DNA of 59,578 bases, taken from a virus. The stretch lies in the IMG/VR virus record IMGVR_UViG_3300045988_174428; one strand, given 5' to 3'. Under the pieces are notes generated by a model. That model had not been told where the DNA came from and did not search any database. It saw nothing but the letters and a program-made list of their open reading frames with translations. The first letter of the stretch is position 1. Each line of letters starts with the position of its first letter. The translations under genes were made by a program, and so were the position numbers. Positions 8,194 through 13,780 of this stretch are shown in pieces.

Positions 8194-8553
8194 TCAGCCG
8201 CGTCCGCCGCGCCAGATGACGTAGGAGGTCCCGGTGCGGTTGCCTTGGGTGTTCGCGTCCCAGTAGCAGCCGTCGAAGGCGGCGGGGATCGCATCGTCGC
8301 CGTCCTCATCGGTGAGGCACTGCGCGACGGGCACCCACGCGCAGTCCTGGGCTCCCGCCGTGGACGTCTCGAAGCACCGGGGCGCCAAGTGGGTGGGTTC
8401 AGTCCCGGCCGGGGCGGCCGTCGTGACGACGGCGGGAGCCGGCTGGTTGGTCGGGGCGGGCTCCCCCGACGCGATAAGGGCGATGATGCCGGTGCCCAGC
8501 GCACCGGCGAAAACGATTGCCGCCGCGGTCGGAACGGCGTCAGGGATGTTCAT
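8194..8553 (-). CDS. membrane-anchored or secreted Cys-containing protein (119 aa)
   Basis: ORF track. N-terminal hydrophobic helix AAAIVFAGALGTGIIALIA, then a Pro/Thr linker and 4 Cys. Confidence 0.7.
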   Translation of the reverse strand: MNIPDAVPTAAAIVFAGALGTGIIALIASGEPAPTNQPAPAVVTTAAPAGTEPTHLAPRCFETSTAGAQDCAWVPVAQCLTDEDGDDAIPAAFDGCYWDANTQGNRTGTSYVIWRGGRG

Positions 8554-8592
8554 TTGGATTCTCTCTCTCTTCGATTGGTGGGTGGGTGCTTA

Positions 8593-8943
8593 TCAGGCGC
8601 GGCGGGTGAGCCCGTCGCAGCCGATCACCCTGCCCTCCGCGTCCCGGAGCAGGCGCCCGGGACTCATCAGATCGCCGCGTCCGGCCGGGGCAGCGTCGGC
8701 GACCGCCTTGGCGACGATGAGGATGACGTCCTCCTCGGGCTCGGGGAGACCAACGATCTCCCGCGGCGAGCCGGCCACCGAGATGGCGATCTCATGGCCG
8801 TTCAGGGTTGCCTGCTCCGGAGGGAACCGGTCATACACGACGCGGGCGGCGCCCCGGGAGTCCGGCGGGATGACGACGGTGGCCCCACCCAGCGCCTTGA
8901 CGCTCAGCGCGTGGGGCGTGAGGTTACGGTAGATCGTGGTCAT
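8593..8943 (-). CDS. hypothetical protein (116 aa), paralog family c
   Basis: ORF 8593..9372 trimmed to M144 (MTTIYRNLTPH). GAGAAGAG-rich leader. Confidence 0.7.
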   Translation of the reverse strand: MTTIYRNLTPHALSVKALGGATVVIPPDSRGAARVVYDRFPPEQATLNGHEIAISVAGSPREIVGLPEPEEDVILIVAKAVADAAPAGRGDLMSPGRLLRDAEGRVIGCDGLTRRA

Positions 8944-8966
8944 GGTTCTCTTCTCTCTTCTCGTTG

Positions 8967-9025
8967 CCGTATTGTTGCGGAGCGCCGATCTTTCAGGCGC
9001 ATCCCCGCTTACGCGGGGTATACGG
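8967..9025 (-). ncRNA. three-way-junction RNA structure with GNRA loop (intergenic)
   Basis: Minus strand reads CCGTAT-A-[CCCCGC GTAA GCGGGG]-AT-[GCGCC TGAAAGATC GGCGC]-TCCGCAACA-ATACGG. All stems are perfect. Confidence 0.45.
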
Positions 9026-9043
9026 ATTGGGGTGACGGTCGGT

Positions 9044-9451
9044 TCAGCCGACCACGATGGGCGCCCTGCGCAGGTCGCGCAGAGTCTTCTCGGCCTTGGC
9101 CGCCGCGGCGTCGTCGCCGTGCTCCCAGGCCTCACGACGCGCCTCGTGCGCGTCCAGAGCGACGCGGGCGTTGTCATAGTCCGCGGGGAAGAAGATTCCG
9201 CGGAAGATCCTAATGAGAGCCTCGTGGTCGTTCGTGTAAACGACGCGGTCATCGTTGGTGACGATTCGGCACGTGTCATCCCCCAGGAACTCAGCGATGC
9301 GGATACCGCGGAAAAAGATGTTCCCGGAGCGGGACAGCTCGACGAACTGCCCGATGGAGTCGGGCAGGACACTCCTGAGCCACTCCTGCCGCTTACGGGC
9401 CCGCTCGCGAGTCACGGCGAAGTGGGAGTGAGGGTGACGGTCGGTGTTCAT
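9044..9451 (-). CDS. hypothetical protein (135 aa)
   Basis: ORF 9044..9484 trimmed to M12 (MNTDRHPH). GAAGGGAAG lies upstream. Confidence 0.65.
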   Translation of the reverse strand: MNTDRHPHSHFAVTRERARKRQEWLRSVLPDSIGQFVELSRSGNIFFRGIRIAEFLGDDTCRIVTNDDRVVYTNDHEALIRIFRGIFFPADYDNARVALDAHEARREAWEHGDDAAAAKAEKTLRDLRRAPIVVG

Positions 9452-9500
9452 TTTCGGCTTCCCTTCGGATGGGTGGGTGAACAATGATGGGCCGGATTAG

Positions 9501-9552
9501 AGCCCGGGCGCGGGATCGAACCGCGCTACTGCCTCCGCTTTAGCGGCCGGGC
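9501..9552 (-). ncRNA. tRNA top-half mimic F (52 nt)
   Basis: Minus strand reads ACA-GCCCGG-[CCGC TAAA GCGG]-AGGCAGTA-GCGCGG/TTCGATC/CCGCGC-CCGGGC-T. The helix is 6+6 bp. Confidence 0.6.
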
Positions 9553-9564
9553 TGTTTTCGGGGC

Positions 9565-10221
9565 TCAGTAGGCCCAGACGTGGGCGCGCCCGTCGTCGGG
9601 CGAGTCGAAGAGATCGCGGTCGCAGCACTCGCAGACGCCGTCCGTGTTCTCGGCCTCGATCACGCCGTAGCGCATCCGCAGCCGTGGGGCGAGCGGGGCG
9701 CGCTCAGCGGCGCGGACATCGCAGTCCACGGCGTCCAGCGCGGCGGCGTAGTCGTCGTCCTCGGGCCGTTCCGCGTCGGACAGATAGGCCGAGCACTCAC
9801 CGCAGAGGACCACGATCTCTTCCGCCCGCGTGTCATAGGGCAGGACCACGTACTCCTGCATATCGGCCCACGGGGAGTGCTCCTGAAGACGGTGTTCCGC
9901 GTCCGTGGCGGCACTCCAGACGTACTCCGGATCGACGGCGGACCCCGCGGCGCGCAGGGCGCCCGACGCGGCAAGTGCGACGGCGCAGGCGCCGCCCGTG
10001 ATGATGCGGCTGTCCAGTGCCCGGTCACCGATCTGCCTCAGGAGCAGCGCCGCGGCCTTCGCGGCGGCGTCGGGAGTGGACTGCTCCTGGGCGCGGTAGA
10101 AATCGATAATGACGTCCAGCGGCAGGTCGTCGGCGCTCACCGGGATCGCGTCCCGGTAGCGCCCGTCGGAGTACTCCGCCTGATAGGCGGGCACGGTAAA
10201 GCTGACGGTCGTGGTGTTCAT
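9565..10221 (-). CDS. hypothetical Cys-containing acidic protein (218 aa)
   Basis: ORF track. CGEC and CECC motifs. GAAGGGAAAAC lies upstream of the ATG. Confidence 0.7.
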   Translation of the reverse strand: MNTTTVSFTVPAYQAEYSDGRYRDAIPVSADDLPLDVIIDFYRAQEQSTPDAAAKAAALLLRQIGDRALDSRIITGGACAVALAASGALRAAGSAVDPEYVWSAATDAEHRLQEHSPWADMQEYVVLPYDTRAEEIVVLCGECSAYLSDAERPEDDDYAAALDAVDCDVRAAERAPLAPRLRMRYGVIEAENTDGVCECCDRDLFDSPDDGRAHVWAY

Positions 10222-10275
10222 TGTTGTTTTCCCTTCAGTTGTGAGGGTGGGTGAATGGTGGGGATGATTATGGGC

Positions 10276-10359
10276 GCCGGGTATCCTTTTGACAGGATGG
10301 TCTCGTCATCGTGCGGATGACCGGGGTAGGTCTGAGCTACCTGCTTCCTTTTACCCGGC
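10276..10359. ncRNA. cloverleaf-shaped four-way junction (84 nt) inside the 580-nt ORF-free region
   Basis: Closing stem GCCGGGTA/TACCCGGC (10276-10283 with 10352-10359) encloses three perfect hairpins: 10283-10298, 10305-10321 and 10325-10341. There is no T-loop consensus, and the strand cannot be decided from stems alone. Confidence 0.4.
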
Positions 10360-10801
10360 CGTATGCTTTGTCTTATGTCCGTTATATTTCACACCGAAAA
10401 TCATTTCGGTTCGTCCCGGCCGACGGAAATCGTCGTCCCGCTTCGTGGCGGGGCGCGATGCGTCGTCGGCTTGGCGGGGCCGTCCTCATGACCTTATGGC
10501 ACGGACTGCAACTGGCCTACCGGCCGCTCGGCCCCGTTTTTAACCGTCTATTGCACGGGGCCGAATATTCAGTTCTCAATCTTCCCGGGGTACTAGGTCG
10601 GTTCAGGTGGGGTTCCCGTTCCTTCCTATCCCTTTGTGATGACTCTAGTCTAGCGCGCCCGCTGGGGAATGTCTACTCTTAAATCTGTGTTCTGCGTCTC
10701 TTTTAGGTTTGCGGTTCAAACTCGGGAGTGACGGCCGCCGGATGGCGGAGTCGACAGAAGCGAAGTCATTCCGGCGCACTAGCACTATTGAGTTGTCATC
10801 G

Positions 10802-10844
10802 CGCCCGGGGAGGGAATCGAACCCTCCCTTGAGACCGTCCGGGC
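10802..10844 (-). ncRNA. tRNA top-half mimic G (43 nt)
   Basis: Minus strand reads ACA-GCCCGGA-CGGTCTCAAGG-GAGGG/TTCGATT/CCCTC-CCCGGGC-G-CGAT. It starts 18 nt after the TAG of 10862..11197. Confidence 0.65.
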
Positions 10845-10861
10845 TGTAGGGGCGGGGCGGC

Positions 10862-11197
10862 CTACCACTCATAGACCGGCCGGGCCGGGGCGGCGGCCTT
10901 GAGCGCGGCCCACAGCTCATCGGCCCTCACGCCCAGCTCCTCGAGGACGTAGTGGGGCAGCGAGTCGACCACGGCAGTCAGGAGATGCCCCTCATGCGCC
11001 GGGCCGTCGCACTCATCGCGCAGGGCCTGGATCAGGTGCGCCGCATCCCCGTAGGGGTCGACGCGGGGCAGGCGCCTGTAGAGCGTGCGGTAGGCCGCGG
11101 AGTGCGTGAACAGAGTGCTGTAGCGGCAGATGATCTCCATCCGCAGGGCCCGCGCGGCGGGCGTGAGGGCCGGGGCGGGAGCAGGGCGGGAGTACAT
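10862..11197 (-). CDS. hypothetical protein (111 aa), first gene of the leftward unit
   Basis: ORF track. GAGAGGAACC lies upstream of the ATG at 11197. A promoter-like hexamer pair lies about 45 nt upstream. Confidence 0.6.
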   Translation of the reverse strand: MYSRPAPAPALTPAARALRMEIICRYSTLFTHSAAYRTLYRRLPRVDPYGDAAHLIQALRDECDGPAHEGHLLTAVVDSLPHYVLEELGVRADELWAALKAAAPARPVYEW

Positions 11198-11241
11198 GGT
11201 CGGTTCCTCTCGGTCGGTGGCGTTCCTTGCTGACGGGTATA

Positions 11242-11270
11242 AATGTACTCCTGGGGCGAGTAGGAGTCAA
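11242..11270 (-). promoter_or_regulatory. candidate leftward (early) promoter: -35 TTGACT, 17-nt spacer, -10 TACATT
   Basis: Minus strand reads TTGACT (11270-11265) - CCTACTCGCCCCAGGAG - TACATT (11247-11242). The spacer carries one copy of the GAGTAGG/CCTACTC motif. Confidence 0.5.
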
Positions 11271-11373
11271 GGTCGAAGGGGAGGACGATAGGGTGAGGTA
11301 GGACACATTTCGGTTTGCGTTTCAAAGCGGGGAACGGTGGGAATTGCGACGCGGGAGAGGACGATGCTCGCCA

Positions 11374-11387
11374 GTTTCACGTGAAAC
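11374..11387. promoter_or_regulatory. 14-bp perfect palindrome GTTTCACGTGAAAC, copy 1 (operator-like)
   Basis: Read directly. Flanked by CTCGC..(palindrome)..GTGAGTAGG, the same context as copy 2. Confidence 0.6.
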
Positions 11388-11462
11388 AAGTGAGTAGGGA
11401 AGGATTGGCTCGCTCGCACGGCATCGCCATGAGCGCCGGCGGCGGAGCGAAGCGGAGACGAG

Positions 11463-11626
11463 CGAGCGGAGCGAGAGAGTCAGCCCGGGCGCATGTCGAA
11501 TCCTCTCTCTGTTGCCGGGGATTGTCCTCGCATGTTTCACGTGAAACTGGCGAGTAGGAAAACGGTGGGGATGACGGAGCGGGGATTCGACATGCGCTTG
11601 GCTGCCTTGCTTCCTCGCTCCGCTCG
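11463..11626. repeat. nested long inverted repeat (13-bp outer and 15-bp inner arms) centred on palindrome copy 2
   Basis: CGAGCGGAGCGAG (11463-11475) pairs with CTCGCTCCGCTCG (11614-11626). GCGCATGTCGAATCC (11489-11503) pairs with GGATTCGACATGCGC (11583-11597). Confidence 0.8.
11534..11547. promoter_or_regulatory. 14-bp perfect palindrome GTTTCACGTGAAAC, copy 2 (operator-like)
   Basis: Read directly. Lies at the apex of the nested inverted repeat and is followed by GCGAGTAGG (11550-11558). Confidence 0.6.
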
Positions 11627-12069
11627 GTCGCGCGTCTCGCCAGCGCGTGATGCGGAGCACATAGAAGCGGGGATGCATATGGGTTGGCTGGGATCAAGGG
11701 ACGAAAGTCCCGAAACCTCCTTCGGGTTAAGGCGAAAGTTTCGGCTACCCGAAACATACTATGCGTGACATAGGTATGTGTGGGGGAGTATTACGCCAGA
11801 CGTATCATCCTCGGGGAGGAGGAATGTGATGGAGAAGACAGACCTCGGAGGGTTGACAGGATTGCGGAGGCATGCTATGGGAAATGTGTGGAAGGTCATA
11901 GGGGATGAGGGTTGAAGATAACGCTGTTATGTGCATGTGTGAGTAGCAAACACGCGTGAGGGTGGGTTGGGAGTATGGAAAAGTCGTCCCAAAAATAGTG
12001 AAGTTCGGGTAAATGTGATCTGTGACATATGCATAAATATACGGTTGAGTGCATATTGGATGATCTTCG

Positions 12070-12147
12070 TGATAGATGATGATGATGATGATGATGATAG
12101 ATGATGATGAATGATAGATGATGATGAATGATAGATGATAGACGATG
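12070..12147. repeat. GAT-rich tandem array with 17-bp units TGATAGATGATGATGAA (iteron-like)
   Basis: Units start at 12070, 12095, 12112 and 12129. The two middle units are identical. This is the most A+T-rich stretch of the window. Confidence 0.85.
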
Positions 12148-12207
12148 ACTATATTTGGTAAATGATAGTCTTTAATCCTGCGTTTACTATTCTCTATCGG
12201 GAGCCAA

Positions 12208-12268
12208 TTGTGACCTAGGTTACGTTCACTATAATTGATTTTGTGACCTAGGTTACGTTCACTATATT
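12208..12268 (+). promoter_or_regulatory. two perfect 26-bp direct repeats, 33-bp period, each shaped like a promoter (TTGTGA-16 nt-TATAAT / TATATT)
   Basis: TTGTGACCTAGGTTACGTTCACTATA occurs at 12208-12233 and 12241-12266. Each contains a CCTAGG palindrome in the spacer. Confidence 0.55.
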
Positions 12269-12498
12269 TGAATGTGGTCTGGCTCACATTTATCTATGTT
12301 TGGCGGCCCTTTACGCATACGTCGGCTTCGGATTGCTACTCACTAGACAAGCGTCGATATATCGCAGCTGCGTGGTTTGTATCAATACAAAGGCGAATCG
12401 TCACTCTTTGGGGCCTAGGACGGCCCATACCCCTACCCCTAGGCAGACACACAGACCATGCTGTGATAGGCCGCCAGCGTGGTGCACAGCAAGCCCTA

Positions 12499-12514
12499 GG
12501 GGTACATGTACCCC
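12499..12514. repeat. 16-bp perfect palindrome GGGGTACATGTACCCC
   Basis: Read directly in the ORF-free region. Confidence 0.8.
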
Positions 12515-13440
12515 CATGGGCAAGCGCACGCATACACGCACGCGCGCGTGATAGCACCATAGGGAGGAAAACGCAAGAGTGGGTTTTTGTGCTGTGCATC
12601 ATGTGTCTTGACAGTGAGTGTGTGAGCAAGAGCACAGTGAGTGTAGCAGTATGTAGCGTTTCGATTTGGTGGGGAGAGCTCGTCTCGCCCATGGGGACCT
12701 ATCGTTGCAACCATAGGGAAAGATGCCGATAAGTACCGTTATGACAATTTACTTAGCAGACTATCTACATACCGGGGGATTTTTGAGCGGGTCATTCTAG
12801 TGCTAGCGTGGGAGAAAATCAATGTGACGTGCGCCGCAGGCCGGCGGAGGCGAAATCGGATGCTCTCGACGACGGGGCGTGGCACGCGGGTGTGAGGTCG
12901 CCCACAACTCCCCCCGCCCTGCCCACCTAAACCCCCGACTTCCCTACTCGCGTAGCAGAGTGTCGACCAATCCGTCAAAACCGTCACCCCTCACCTGAAG
13001 AGTGTATCCAAATGTTTATGCACGATTTTATCCATGGCTGCATAAACGTGGCCTGCCTCACATCAAGATACACTATCCCTCCTCTCTCTTCCGTCACACC
13101 CGTCTCATAGGCCCTTAGTCCCCCTACCCCTCTTCATCTCTCCCCCGCAACGAAAAGTCGTGGTTAGTCGGCCCTAACCCAGACCCCCCTTAGCTACACC
13201 CCCTTGAACCCTTTCACAACCTGCAACGACTCTTGCGAATCAACGCCAACGCTTGGAATGAATAATGTAACCTTCGTCACGCCCACCCAACCCCTCTTCG
13301 CCCCTCACCTACCCGGCCCCAATCTGTTACCAGTGTGACCCCACACCATCAAACATCACCAACTGCCACCAAGAATTATGGTTTTCCGAAGACAGATGCC
13401 CCTGTGGCCAGTGTGACGATGCCCTACCAGTTCCTCCTCC

Positions 13441-13489
13441 CCTCAAGAGGGAAGAGGGGGTGTCGAACTCCCCTCCGGGGCCCGGGCGC
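13441..13489 (+). ncRNA. degenerate plus-strand relative (H) of the tRNA top-half mimics
   Basis: CCTCAAGAGGGAAGAGGGGGTGTCGAACTCCCCTCCGGGGCCCGGGCGC parallels CTCAAGGGAGGGTTCGATTCCCTCCCCGGGCGC of element G, but the T-loop is altered to GTGTCGAAC. Confidence 0.3.
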
Positions 13490-13644
13490 TCATAGTTTCT
13501 TTATTTACTGCGCAAATCTCTTCCTCTCCTTCCTCCTCTTCCGCCCCAAGGCCCCCGCCAGTCACAGCCCGGCCCTCAGCCCTTCCGCGCCCCGCCGCCA
13601 ACGCCCGGGGGTGTCGAACAACCGACCCGCCCCCGACAAACCCC

Positions 13645-13672
13645 TTGACACCCTCAACCCCCGCGCTATAAT
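13645..13672 (+). promoter_or_regulatory. consensus sigma-70-type rightward (late block) promoter: TTGACA, 16 nt, TATAAT
   Basis: TTGACA at 13645-13650 and TATAAT at 13667-13672, about 110 nt upstream of the first plus-strand gene. Confidence 0.65.
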
Positions 13673-13780
13673 CGCGCGCCCGCGTACGTGCGCGCACGCG
13701 CGGTAATAAGAAGGAGAAGCCGGAGGGGGTGTCGACCTCTCCGCCGGAACAGGCGCGAACCTCCGTGCTACGCTGGCGTC

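Noticed and set aside
1828-10844. Calling the T-loop elements ordinary phage tRNA genes.
   Set aside because: Five of the seven are only 43-52 nt with no D or anticodon arm. A has a non-canonical anticodon arm and B has no recognisable one. None encodes CCA. They are reported as tRNA-like ncRNA candidates instead.
7399-10844. Interpreting the tRNA 3'-half-like segments as attP cores for integration into a host tRNA gene.
   Set aside because: There are seven dispersed copies rather than one. All are oriented with transcription and include a paired 5' acceptor strand. No integrase or excisionase gene is visible anywhere in the genome.
10222-10844. A phage tmRNA, since element G supplies a T-arm/acceptor 3' end next to a long structured RNA.
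   Set aside because: The 5' acceptor strand is adjacent to the T-arm rather than about 300 nt away. I also found no tag-peptide-like reading frame ending in a hydrophobic Ala-rich tail.
12208-12266. Possible CRISPR array, because of the perfect 26-bp direct repeats.
   Set aside because: There are only two repeats, separated by 7 nt, with no spacers of CRISPR length, no further copies and no cas genes.
11805-12287. 160-aa minus-strand ORF in the control region, and other 60-150 aa ORFs between 11.2 and 13.7 kb.
   Set aside because: It contains poly-Ile and poly-Ser from the GAT repeat array and has no ribosome-binding site or codon bias. It is treated as non-coding.
13030-13040. DnaA-box-like strings (TTATCCATG at about 13030; TTGTCCTCG at about 11520).
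   Set aside because: Each matches only about 7 of 9 positions and occurs as a single copy. This is too weak to call without a search model.
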